A DNA stretch of 64,000 nt from Carcharhinus amblyrhynchos. Lineage: Eukaryota. The position numbers and the translations under genes are program-made. Location: the NCBI GenBank assembly GCA_965287045.1, contig OZ336874.1, forward strand, positions 60,884,001 through 60,948,000, given 5' to 3'. Positions 36,376-48,769 of this stretch are shown piece by piece. Position 1 is the first letter of the stretch; each line of letters begins with the position of its first letter. Under the pieces are notes generated by a model. It was not told where the DNA came from. It did not search any database and saw only the letters and a list, made by a program, of their open reading frames with translations.

Positions 36376-37470
36376 AAGGTCCCCTGCATCATATATGCCA
36401 ATCTTCAGATAATCTGATTCACACCACAGAAGATCAAGAAACAACTGAAGGCACTGGATACAGAAAAGCCCCAATAACATCACAGTAGCACTGACAACTT
36501 GTGGTCCAGAACAAGCTGCACCTCCAACCAGAACATTCCAATACAGCAAGAACACTAGCAAATACCCAACAGTGTGGAAAATTGTCAAGGAGTCAAGGAA
36601 AGGAAAGAAAAGGATCAGATGGACCAGTGAAGGAGAGAGGATAGAAATTGATAACAGTCAATGAAAATCCACAGCAACGCCTTCCATTTGAAGAAAGTAA
36701 GTGGAGTTGATGGAGAAGTAGTTCAATAGGAGAACAAATTTGGCCAGAAACAGGGGTGATAATGGAAAAGGATTCGTTGAACTTCCACTCAATATGATCT
36801 GCCCAATCCCCATTCAGAAAGACTTCAATTGGTTGAAAACCAATTCGGAAACACAAACAAATTACTGCGGATGTTGGAATATCTGAAACAATTTCATTGC
36901 TTTCAATTTTAAGATCTTTTACTGGGGCTTGAACAGACAGATAATATCCAAGTTCTGATGAATCCATCAGATCTTGATACGACATTGCGTTTCCTGTCTG
37001 CAAATCCTCCCCCTGTAATAGACTGTTTCCTGCCATATTCAAAGGCTGATAATATTCGAGTCCTGATAAAATAAATGAGTTGCCTACACCTCACTGTGAT
37101 GTTGATATAATCTAATCACAGGTATTTCTACTGAACTAATGCAAATCTTCATTTTTTAAATGAGCCCATTTAAAAAAACAAAGAGCCAGCGGCATGTTAA
37201 TGTAATCCATTCTCTAAAATGATAAATAAGTGCAGAAAACACTGAAGTCTGTCAATATCTGTATTAGAATAAACTTATTTTTTGGCCACATTCAGTTAAA
37301 CTGGGAAATTACAGTTCACTCACTGCTTGGCACTAACAGAGTGCTAAAAGCACAGATTCAGAAAAGATCAAGCAGCTCAAAACTGGGCATCCATAAGATC
37401 TTGTGGACTATCAGTAAGCAGAAGAGTTGTTCTCAAACACAATCCATATCTAAAGAAAATACAGCATATC

Positions 37471-38103
37471 CCAAGGATGTCCCGAAGCATGGTACATTGG
37501 GGAGACCATGCAGACGCTACGACAACGGATGAATGAACATCGCTCGACAGTCACCAGGCAAGACTGTTCCCTTCCTGTTGGCGAACACTTCAGTGGTCAC
37601 GGGCATTCAGCCTCTGACCTTCGGGTAAGCATTCTCCAAGGCGGCCTTCACAACACTCGACAGCGCAGAGTCGCTGAGCAGAGACTGATAGCCAAGTTCC
37701 GCACACATGAGGACGGTCTCAACAGGGATCTTGGGTTCATGTCGCACTATCTGTAACCCCCGTGACTTGCCTGGGTTTGCAAAACCTCACTTACTGTACT
37801 GTCTGGAGACAATACACATCTCTTTAAACTGTGATCAGTGCTCCTACCACTCACATTATCAGCCACTTCAGGTCTTGAACAGCAGGTTAGGTGTAAGGAT
37901 TCGCATTTTAATCAGTAATCTCTAAACTGTCTGTGCTTTATATGCTCTGTCTGAGGCCAGAACTCTCCATTCACCTGACGAAGAGGGTAACCCCTCGAAA
38001 GCTTGTGAGAATATTATCAAATAAATAGGTTGGACTAAAACCTGGTGTTGTCAGACTTTTTACTGTGTTTACACCAGTCCAACGCCGGCATACCCACATC
38101 ATG
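37471..38103 (+). mobile_element. 5'-truncated Penelope-like element: intact GIY-YIG C-terminus plus terminal repeat with a hammerhead motif (37971-38008)
   Basis: CPEAWYIGETMQTLRQRMNEH..PVGEHF..H..AEQRLIAKFRT..GLNRD; tcac-CTGACGA-a-gaggg(taac)ccctc-GAAA-gctt-gtga. Confidence 0.92.
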
Positions 38104-38470
38104 TCTACTATTACAATCAAGCCAGGGAATCAATCCTGATCAGGGAGGAATGCAGGAGAGCATATCAGGAGCAGCACCAGGCATATTTCAAAATGATGCA
38201 CTAAACTGATGAAGCTACACCATAGGATATGTATGCTAAAATATGGAAGTAGCACTGAGGTAAAAGACATTACAGCCAACAGATCAAAGTTTTGCACATC
38301 CAGTTCTGAATGGTGGGTCTGAATTCTGAATAATTTTGTACACCCCAAGCAAGCTTTTTTGTTCCAAGGAATATAACAGTAACCTCCCAAATCTGTCCTC
38401 ATAGCAACATTCTTGTAAACCTTCCCTGCACTCCTGAGCAATAATGTCCTCCCTGTAATGTGATGACCAG

Positions 38471-39385
38471 CGTTAGGAAAGGGTTAAACAGACCTTTCAC
38501 TCAAGTTTTAATTTGATGTTGATTATTCAATAGAAGTCATTGATATATAAAGGAGCCACAAGTGGCACTGTTTCTTGAAGGAGAATTGTGTATGGAGTTG
38601 GATCAAAAAAATTAAAAAGGTAGTTTATGAGGAAGCTGATCTCATTTCTTCTTTACTGAACTACAACCGAGGGGCTCAAACAATGGTAGCTGAGGATAGT
38701 TGCTGGTTCCAAATAAAGGGCTGCAAGTGATACTTTTTCAAAACAAAAGATTTCATTCAAATTTCATTCAAATCAACAAAGGAGTAGGAAACAACAAAAT
38801 GATTGAACCCAGAGTAAAAATGTCAGGATATGACTATTCACCATTATTTTCAGAAACTGAACCTTATGACAACTGGAGAAGTGAAGACATCATGTGGACT
38901 AAGGTAACCAGTTTGGGGAAAAAAGAAAACAAGGAATGGCCTTGGCTCTTTCTTTACCATATAGAAGTAAAATTAGATGCAAAATATTTTCTGAATTGGA
39001 GTTGGAGTAGGAGTATTTGGACTTGGAGGAAGGTCTGGACACTTTATTAACCTTTACGAATATGATGTATCAAAAGGATGACTTATTGAGTGCATATAAT
39101 GCCTGGTCAGATTTTAATAGACTTTGGAAATCAGAGGATACTTCCATTGAGGAATGTGTAATGGAATTTAGCAGACTATATATAAGGCTACAAAAACACC
39201 CCCTGCAAATTTCACAGTCCGTGTTGGCATTTAAGTTGCAATTCTGTGCTAAAATTCCAAATATGGATAAATTCCTGGTTTTGACAGGAGTTAAATTTGG
39301 AGACAAAAGATACCTTATGATCAAATGTCAGAGGCTTTAAAAAAATTTTCAGGAAAATTCTATCCCCACAGCTTTTATGACAAAT
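38471..39385 (+). mobile_element. Ty1/Copia (GalEa-like) relic: short LTR (about 38471-38682), tRNA-iMet primer-binding site (38684-38700), frameshifted gag
   Basis: ...AAACA-A-TGGTAGCTGAGGATAGT is 15/17 identical to the iMet complement TGGTAGCAGAGGATGGT; gag reads PLFSETEPYDNWRSE..MWTKVT..KDDLLSAY.AWSDF..VLAFKL. Confidence 0.75.
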
Positions 39386-39605
39386 GCTTTAAAGCTCCAC
39401 ACTTGGTCCCCAACTACGAGAAAAATTAGACTAGTTCACAGTATTTTCTGACTGGCAACAAGACACCACTCCATCAGCTCGTTTTATCCTAATTCCCTTC
39501 CATTAATTGGGAGTTAAGCTTGAACATGGAATTGCAAAATGCCAAGTACAATACGTAGTACAGAATGTTTACTATACAAAAATCAAAATTTAAAAGGCAG
39601 CTTAC

Positions 39606-39649
39606 CAATGCATTTTCTTTTACTTCCAGGTTATTGAGTACCACATCCC
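39606..39649 (-). CDS. VPS13A: VPS13A (chorein) coding exon, equivalent to human exon 2, 44 nt: (G)DVVLNNLEVKENAL
   Basis: Minus strand reads ttcttaacag|GGGATGTGG...GCATTG|gtaag. The peptide matches the chorein N-terminus (human GAVALKNLQIKENAL). Length and phase fit the next exon. Confidence 0.9.
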
Positions 39650-40109
39650 CTGTTAAGAAATGAAGAATTAAAATTTTGTTATAAAATAAACTTTTCATAT
39701 TGAGGGAGGGGGAAGGGATGTTGAGAGACAATAAGATATGTATGCATGATAAATAATCACTAACAGAGCAAGATTCAATGAATTTCTAAGTGCGGGAGCA
39801 TTATGCCACACCCCACCCACTATTTTGCTACAAAAGATGCAGCCATGAATAGGATGACCTGTTTCTTTTAAGACACAGTTTGATTGATTTTTCTAGCTCT
39901 GTTATAAGAAAAACTGAAGTTGAGCTTTCAAATGCCAACTTCATGCCATTTCCAAAGTCAAAAATATCAGAACCTGTTATCTCCCTCCGCAGATAGAGCT
40001 CCCTGTACTCAACATTTTGTGATGCTGCAATTTCCACCCCTCTCTCCCCCCAACAATCAATGACAAATGACTAAGTTAGGTTTTATCCTGCTGCGCTTGA
40101 ATTTTATGG

Positions 40110-41390
40110 GATACATCATTTGGACTTCTCAGAAATTTCATGCCCATGTTTAGTTTCTAAATCAATCTGGGATTTGAGTGCTTGTCCGGGTACCCCATCC
40201 AGGCCAGTCACTTTCAGTGGCTTAATTTTCAGGGTTGACTTGATGTCTGCGATGCTGACCTCGGATACCAGTTCGGCCAAGGCTTCCAGGGCGGAAGACT
40301 TCCCCTCGCTGACCTCTTGCTCAAAATGGGTATTGCATACGTTGAGCTCATATGCATCGAGCTCATTGGGCAGGGGTGCATCATTGCCGGTGATACTACA
40401 TGCATCTGTTATATCGTGCAGACTTTGCCACAATCAGTGGGTGTCCATGTGGGATTCTAGCTTGCTCCGATACGATTATGTCTCTTGACATCTTTGGTTC
40501 TCCGTAGATTGTATCTGGATTTCTTGCATTGGTCAGGGTCATCTGACTTGAATGGCTCAGACCTGGTCTTCAGTAAGCAGTGGATATCTCTGTTCATCCA
40601 TACTTTCCGGTTGGGAAACACACAAATTTGCTTCTTTGGCACACAGTCTTCTACACGCTTACTAACAAAGTCTGTTATTGTAGTGGCGTACTCAGTCAGG
40701 TTGGTCACCGAGTTCTTAAATATTGACTAGTCCACTGACTTGAAACCCCATAGGAGATCACCCAATTCCTCAAAACAACATTGCATGACTTTCAGATTCT
40801 TCTACTTCAGTTTTTGCTTGTAGGCCGGGAGCAGGGGCACAGCATAGAGGACTGATTTGTCAAAGTGCGAACAGTGATAGAGCAGTTGGCATTTTTGATG
40901 TTTGTCTAGCAGCGATCAGAGGATGTTTGGGCCTCTGGTGGGACTCAAGGTGTATTGGTACTATCTTGATAGGACACTCTTGAGCTTTGCCTCAGCCACA
41001 ATAAACAAGTCCTCAGGATGTTTCGTCTCAAGTCTATTTGTCGTGGTTTACATTTTGCCCAGCATGGTCTTCACGTCTGCATGGGGTAGGATGTAAATTG
41101 CTGTCAGAATAACAGGTTAACTCCCATGGTAGGTAGTAGGGCAGCATTTCAACGTCAGATATTCAAGGTCTCAGGAGCAGAGACTCGGTACTGTTTTATG
41201 TCTGAGCACCAAGAGGTATTGATTAGAAGACAGACCCCACCTCCCTTAGCCTTGCCTGAGACAGCTGCACGGTCCATTCAATGGACTGAAGCCCTCCATT
41301 TATTGTCTGGTGAATCAGGAGTGAGCCGCGTCTCCATGAAAAAGAGCACACAACAGTCTCTCACTGCTAGAGTAGATTATTCTGTAACAT
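40110..41390 (-). mobile_element. Rex1/Babar LINE fragment (APE endonuclease and linker)
   Basis: EYATTITDFVSK.VEDCVPKK.I.VFPN.K.WMN and ATG.DGVPG motifs. Confidence 0.8.
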
Positions 41391-41959
41391 CAACAAACAG
41401 TAACTGCACATTTGCAGCAACCACAGTAAACTGAACTCAGAACATGTCATTAAAAAAAAATGCCCAGATCACGTATTCTTCCAGAACTATGTCGTACTCC
41501 ATAATGTTGAACGAAATTCTAACAGGTTTATATTAACCATCAAACTTGAATGTTAGAAGCAGCTTGTATTTCAAACAGCTTTGTATGCAATGTAGCAACT
41601 TCTGCTAATGCCTGTTTTGCATTAGTACTGACTGAAAACATTAGTATACTTTCAGTAAACAGCTGAATATTCTAATGTTGATGAACAGTTCAAGACAAAC
41701 TGCACATGAGAATCAAGACTACTAATGGAAACTGATATTACTTTCATCTACGTGTTCCAGTGGAGCAGTGTCTGCTCACCTGTGATACACATTAAAACAT
41801 GCACCTCCTCACACAAGAATAAAACATTTGAAAAATTATGCAAGATACTGTCACTTGGTACTACAGAATTTGAATGTCCCTGAACAGACATGTTTCAGCA
41901 CTATAATGTAGTACAATGAGGTGTGGTAGAGAATTGCAGTGACCATGGTGAAAAAAATG

Positions 41960-42440
41960 TCGGTAATTTGTTGGACTATAATTACCCTCTGATGTTCTCA
42001 AGAGTTTGAATCACATGACCAATGGAAGAATGAAGGTGTGTCTCACCCCCACCAAGAGGGGCAATGTATGTTGTTGTCATTTCCTACAATAAGTAAAATC
42101 AGAAGTAGGTTGTGAGCTGGACACTTATCTAGTGTTGGATCGTTCAAGGTTAAGGCCTACGAGAGTTCTTGGATGAAAGCTACAAGAAATATTTGTCAAA
42201 TGCTTTTGAGATATGGTCAAAATTTAATGCAATATGGAAAATAAATGGTTATTCAATGAAGTAACATAACATGGATTTGAACAGATATCATAGAAGTGTC
42301 ATGATCCAGTATATCATGAACTTCCAGTTAGTACATCTATATTTCAAAACTGAACAAAACAGACTATCAAAACGGCCATTGCAAATGGAGAGACATTTGG
42401 CATTTGAGCTTCTCACAGTTGCAAGTCTCAAGTAATCAAT
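41960..42440 (+). mobile_element. Older, highly degenerate copy of the Copia gag seen at 38820-39340
   Basis: Colinear similarity (YNYPLMF..DQWKNE; SKIRS; AFEIWS.F). Confidence 0.5.
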
Positions 42441-43049
42441 CAAATACAACATTAACAGACATATGGGGAATTCACACATTCCTTTGTTTGAGAATAGATC
42501 AATACAAAAGGATTTTAGTATTTCAAGCATCTGGACTCTGTTTTACACTGGTCTTATGATCCGGTATAACGATCTAGCAGATGGTAATCGTCAAGCTGCC
42601 CAAATCCAAAATAGCAATGACAAAGATTTGCAATTTAGAATGAGAAGATATTGCACAGCAGTAGGGAGCATAAATCATAAACCACTCTTGGAGATTTTAA
42701 CTATTAAATTTAAACAATTATTAAAAACACACAAGACTACACTTATATGGTTCACAATAGTTCTACAAATATTTCCCCAGAGGATTTCTGCTTGGTTAAA
42801 CTCAAACATCCTTTTGGACAACAGGCCTCAGATATTCCCCACAAAATTCCAGTAAGATTACCAAAAATATCCAACATTGCTACAGGGTATCAGAAGGTGG
42901 CTGCTAGCTGCTTTGTTCCCAGATTTGTTTCAGCACACATGCTCTACAAGACTCCATGACAACATCTACGTATATAGCCTTTAATGTCTCTTTTAATACA
43001 CAAATCTGTTGTTTTTGCATCCCTTTGAAAGTTCCCATTCCCAGATCAT

Positions 43050-44935
43050 ACACATAGAGGACTGCTTAGAATCAGTAGATTGGTCAGTATTTAAAAACTC
43101 TGACTAGCCTGAATGATTACGCCATGATAGTAACTGGCTTTATTAGTAAATGTATACAAGACTGTTGCCAAAGAAGCAAATCTGTATTTCCCAATTGGAA
43201 ACCATGGATGAACAGGGATATTTCCTGCTTGCTGTAGTCTAGGCGTGAGGCGTCCAAGTCAGACGACCCTGACCTGTATAGGCAAGTCAGATATGATCGA
43301 AGGAGATCCAAAGATGGCAAAAGACAGTACTGGACCAAGCTAGAATCCCAGGCTAGCCACAGACCCCCGCCGACTTTGGCAAGGTCTGCAAGACGTACAA
43401 GGTTGCAAGATGAAAGCATGTGAAATCGCTGGCACAAATGCACCCCTCCCCAATTAGCTCAATGAATTCTCTGCCCATTTTGAAGGAAGAGATCAGCGAG
43501 AGCACGCCCTACATCCTGGAAGCCTCATGTGAACCTGTATCCAACACCATCATTGTAGATGCCAGAGCAGCCTTCTCCAAGATCAACCCACAAAGTGTGG
43601 GTGGGGTACCTGGACAAGCACTCAGATCTTGCACGGACTGGCAGGGGTATTCACAGACATCTCTCTTTGCAATAATCTGCTTCAAGATGACAACCATCAT
43701 TCCAGTACCAAAGAAAAGCCAAGCAGTGTGCCATAATGATTATCATTATGAAGTGCTTCAAAATGTGTTAGTCATGGCATGATTCAATTCTGGCCTCCCA
43801 GACTGCCTGGATCCACTCCAGTTCACCTACTGCCGCAAAAGGTCCACAGCAGATGCCATCTCCCTGGCCTTGCACTCAACCAAGATAACAAAGACATCTA
43901 TGCATCGACTGCAGCTCAGCCTTCAACACCATTATTCCTACAAACCCATCTCCAAACTACATGGCCTGGATCAGCCTTTCCCTCTGCAATTGAATCCTGA
44001 GCTTCCTAACCTACAGACCGCATCAATAAGGATAGGCAATCACATCTCCTCCATGATCATCCTCAACAACGGTGCCCCATAAGGCTGTGTCTACAACCAC
44101 TTACTATTCTCCTTATGCACCCATGGCTGTGTGGCCAAATTTCCCTCCAGTTTGATTTTCAAGTGTCAATGAGACGGAGTACAAGAGAGAGAGATTCTGG
44201 TGAACTGGTGTGACGACAATAATCTCTCCCTCAATGTCAACACAACGAAGGAGATAGTCATTGATTTCTGGAAGCATAACGGAGCCCCTGTCTACATCAA
44301 TGGGATGAAGTAGAAATGGTCGAGAGCCTCAAGCTTTTAGATGTCCTGATCACCAACCACCTGTCCTGGCTCCTCCATGCAGACACTATAGTTAAGGAAG
44401 CCTACCAATGCCCCTACTTTCTCAGAGGATGAAGGAAATTTGGCATGTCTGCTGTGACTCTCACCAACATTTACAGATGCACCATAAAAAGCATTTTTTG
44501 TGGTTACATCACAGCTTGGTACGGCTCCTGCTCTACCCAAGGCTACAAAAAACTACAAACAGTTGTCCATCACTCAAACCAGCCTCCTGCCTATTGACAC
44601 GGTCTACAATTCCTGCTGCCTCGGAAAAGCAGCCAACATAATTAACGACACCATGCACCTCGGACATACTCTCTTCCACCTTCTTCCATCGGGAAAAGGA
44701 TACAAAAGTGTGAAGGAACGTACCAACCAACTCAAGAACAGCTTCTTCCCTGCTGCCATAGACTTTTGAATGGGCCTACATTGCATTAAGTTGATCTTTC
44801 TCTTCAGCCTAGCTATGATTATAGCACTACATTCTGTACCCTCTCCTTTCCTTCTCTATGAGCAGTATGCTTTGGTTGTATAGCACGCAAAAAACAACAC
44901 TTTTCACTGTGTACCAATACAGTGACAATAAAATC
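43050..44935 (+). mobile_element. Rex1/Babar LINE (linker, RT, 3' end), degenerate
   Basis: FKMTTIIPVPKK..NDY; LDPLQF.Y; NGAP.GCV..LL.SL; LFHLLPSGK.Y..TNQLKNSFFPAAI. Confidence 0.85.
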
Positions 44936-46160
44936 AAGATGTGTTATATTTAGTAGTCATTACTTTTGGGTAAAAATAAACATTATACTTTGCTTTATTC
45001 AAAAACAATTGTACATTTTTCTTTTGAAATACAATGGTTAAATTTCGAGTCACCTTCCTTATGCCCCTAATGCAAATTTCCTTAGTCCTTCTCATCGCCA
45101 CCCATTACACAAAAAACAATTTACCACAATGATATTGGGATAATATTGAAAAACATAAAGGACAGGATTTTCCGGCCTCACTCGCCCCGAGACCGGAAAA
45201 TCCCACCTCAGGTCAACGGAGCTTTCCATGGTTCGCTCCTCACCTGGTCTGATTCTCGTGACAGGCGGGGTGATAATTTTGTCACACTTCTATCCTAACA
45301 AAAAAGTCAGATGTCAGAATTCTAAAAGGCAATTTGATTTTCTCAACCATTTCGCACTACATACTATACTCATCTATGTACACTGGATTGTTACACTATA
45401 AGATGCATGCATTAACACAACAGACAAGTCTGTTGCATTGGAACTCATTTCAGTCCATTTCCCAGGTTCAAATGTCCAATCTTCTTTAAAAATTCAAATT
45501 CATTAGATTTAACATTCAGCCACATCTATAATCTGTAAATTAAACAGGTGCAATAATAAATGCTATCTGAACAGTGGCACATTTTAGTTTCAAAACTTTT
45601 CTAGAAATTTTAAAGTAGTGTGGTCTGTGAAAACAATCGCTTACAACATAAACTTAAATGTTGCAACACTAGCACCAGACTTAAAGTTTTTCTTGAGATT
45701 GGAATATATTCAGCTTCTGTGAAAAATATTCCATTGTCTTTTAATTTCTGCAACATCTTGTGTGGTATTGTTACCAAAATCCACATGTTCTCGTATCAAT
45801 ATCCAATTAGTAGTAAACATAGCCAAATTTACCATTTAACTTGGATCAACTGCAAGAAACTATTTTAGATGTTGTAAATGATCCTCTGATTATAACTGAA
45901 AGTCAACAGGTGATCAATGTAAACAGTACAATTACTTAACCCTGTGGTAACTTTGTCAGTCTTTACAAGGTTGCTGATGCATTCTTCATACCAAATGACT
46001 TAAGCTGAAAAAAAGCTGTCACAAAAACAAATTTCTCTCTCATCCTTTCCAATGCATGCATTTGTCAAAATCCTCTCAGTAAGTCAATTTTTGTATTGTC
46101 CTACTTTTGTGATAACATTCCAAACATGGAATAGAATATGAATCTGCTTTTGTCACGGAG

Positions 46161-46240
46161 TTCACTTTTCAATAAGCAAAAATGTTCCATCCGGTTTTGG
46201 TTCCACTTTTCAATAAGTAACATGTTCCATCTGGTTTCAG
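46161..46240. repeat. Tandem duplication of about 40 bp
   Basis: cacttttcaataag.aa.atgttccatc.ggttt occurs twice. Confidence 0.8.
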
Positions 46241-46689
46241 TACCATCATAATGGCTGGAATTTTACTGACCCGCCCACCACGGGAATCAAAGCTTGCAGG
46301 ACAGAAAATGGGAAGGTCCATTCACCTCGGGCGGGACAAGTGAGGCCATAAAAACCCACCCAATAGGTGAACGCCAGTTACTGTAACTGGACTCTTATGT
46401 TGTTTTGAAGCAAATTAATTTTGTACTTGGGCTACTGTTACAGGATTTGATCTAACAGACGTTGCTCTATAGAAACTGAACGTCCACATCTACATCATGC
46501 ATAGCCAAGTTTGTTTGTCCCAGCTTATTCTCACAAATAATTTTCTATGACTGCAATAGCTCTTTCAAATCATGCTGATACATGTTTGGAAGGTAACTCA
46601 ATATTACAATTACATTCTTAAGCGCTTTTTCGTTGTCCAATTTAATTCAAGGAAAGTCAATTGCAGAATCTTCCAGTTTTACCTCCTTT

Positions 46690-47450
46690 TTCTTAACCAT
46701 CACAATTATTACTTTCTTATCTTTCTTGACAAAATACTTCTGAAGCATATTTACATGGCACACCCTCTGTCCTCCTTTTATCTGGAGTAATTATCAAGTA
46801 ATTTGCTTCACTTAGTTTCTTCTCAATTGGCTAGTGCCTTTAATGGTTCCTCTAACACTGGCAAGATTAACATCTCATCCCCAGTCCTGAACTGAGTTTT
46901 TGCTTCCTCATCTCCATCTGCCTTCATCATCTGCAGTGATAACTTTAAATACTCCTGAGCTAACTCACGTACTCTGCTCAACCTTTCTCTGAATTTTGTC
47001 AGATAATCCAGAAGAGTAGTTTAGCATTAAACAATTTCTTTTTGCAATAGTTTGATTGAGTGGTCCTTTTACTTCAAGGCCATAGACTAACTGTAAAGGA
47101 CTAATCCTGTCAAGTCAATGGGGGAATCCCAAATAACAATAAGCAAATAACAAAAATGGAATTCCTCTATTTCAGTCTGGTAGGTAGCCTTTAAATTGAT
47201 GCCATCTCTCTAAAATAGCCTGCGATTCAGGGTGGTACCTAACAACTTAAACTGCTTTATCCCTAGGCTGTGCTGCTCATGACTTTCCATAGACAGCTAA
47301 GACATGAAATTTGACCCTTGATCCAACTACATTTCTTTTGGTAAATCATATCTTGCAAAGAATTCAGTTTTTACAATCCTCTTTGCTGCAATATTTCCTA
47401 AGATATCAGTTACAGGAATCTAGCAGACAAATCTGTTTACAGATTTGACA
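46690..47450 (-). mobile_element. Gypsy-type integrase relic
   Basis: Degenerate DQGSNFMS, LGIKQ, YHPESQ..LERWHQ and VKGPL motifs. Confidence 0.6.
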
Positions 47451-48630
47451 AATGATTGTCAGTAAGTACTGATGTCCTCTTTTTGAGGAAATTGAAAAAT
47501 GCTTGTGTCACAATGGACAAAAGTATTGAAACACAATGGGCTGAATATTCCCCCCCAAAATTAGAATGTCATAATGGTAACGAAGCAGGCATCCTCCATA
47601 TCAGTCTTTTCGGCAAGCTCTACCCTGCAATCTTCCGACAATGTCACTTTTCTTGACAGTTGAGAAAAAGAGCCAGTGAAATTAGTTTTAGAGCATTTGG
47701 GTGCCATTCCACAAGGTGCTCAGATCTTCCAGTGAGATCTCCCCCCATCCAAGCCTTAATTCCATTTTCTCCCCCCCCAAAATCAGGGGCAATGTTACCT
47801 CTCCCCAACCCAATCACACACCAATAGCTTGCCAGCATCAGGACATCAGTGCCCTCCAGATGGATCCTCTGACAAACGCCCAACATGCTCCCACTATCAA
47901 GATCCCCTCTGCATCTGTGACCTCCCCAGAGTGCATAGCCCATTCATCACAGACCCACCCCCTTGGCACTTCTCTTAGCACACTTATGCTGTCCTACTGG
48001 CACTGCCCAGTCATATTGCCAACCACAAATGGTCTCAAATTCCCCTAGCTCCATGCCCCTGCCCCCACCATGGTGCCTGGTCTCCACTGGTAGTGATTTG
48101 TGCTGGTAGGCTGCCTCACCGGTGTGGTGGGAAGCACCCAGGAGGGAGAAAGCAGCCACGCTGGACTCACTAATGGTTGAGATCCAGGTGTTTTAATGCT
48201 AAGGGTGCAAAACCGCGTTCACCAGTGAACAGAGCCGGGAAGGTAACAATCCAATTTGTGCCTGACACTCAGATTTTTGGCATCTCACACTATGTTCCCA
48301 GTTCATCACACAGATTGACAGATACGGTGAGGCAGTACGATTGCACCCAATTTGTCTAAGACAAGTGCAAATGAATCCCATTAGCCATCCATTGTATTAC
48401 GATAGTTTCATTCATCCAAATCCGGCCTGGTGAATCTCAAGGTGTCAAGCGACAACATAGGAAGATTGGAATCAATATAGGCACCATCAATTTGTTTGGA
48501 AAAAGGCATTACAATATGTGGAAGTCAAGTCATATGATGAGAAAACCATTTTCGCAAAATCAGCAAGAAGCTTCTTGCAGACTGAGTTCCAAGCAGGAAA
48601 CTATAAACTAGCCACATTCAAGCAGTCATA

Positions 48631-48762
48631 GTAAGTAGTCTCACAACACCAGATTAAAGTCCAACAGGTTTATTTGGTAGCACGAGCTTTCAGAACACTG
48701 TCCCTTCATCAGGGGATCAGGCACTCACCTGATGAAGGGGCAGTGCTTTGAAAGCTCGTGCT
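48631..48762. mobile_element. Palindromic Penelope terminal-repeat derivative with two oppositely oriented hammerhead motifs
   Basis: agcacgagctttc..ccTTCATCAGg (48679-48713) is the imperfect reverse complement of cCTGATGAagggg..GAAAgctcgtgct (48728-48762). Confidence 0.8.
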
Positions 48763-48769
48763 CTGGATA

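Noticed and set aside
5346-39649. VPS13C instead of VPS13A
   Set aside because: Some residues are C-like (SEL, KAG, NLYG), but GHI, AKQKV, KQDTF, NLQVK and HIRYEDD favour VPS13A. A phylogeny or synteny check would settle it.
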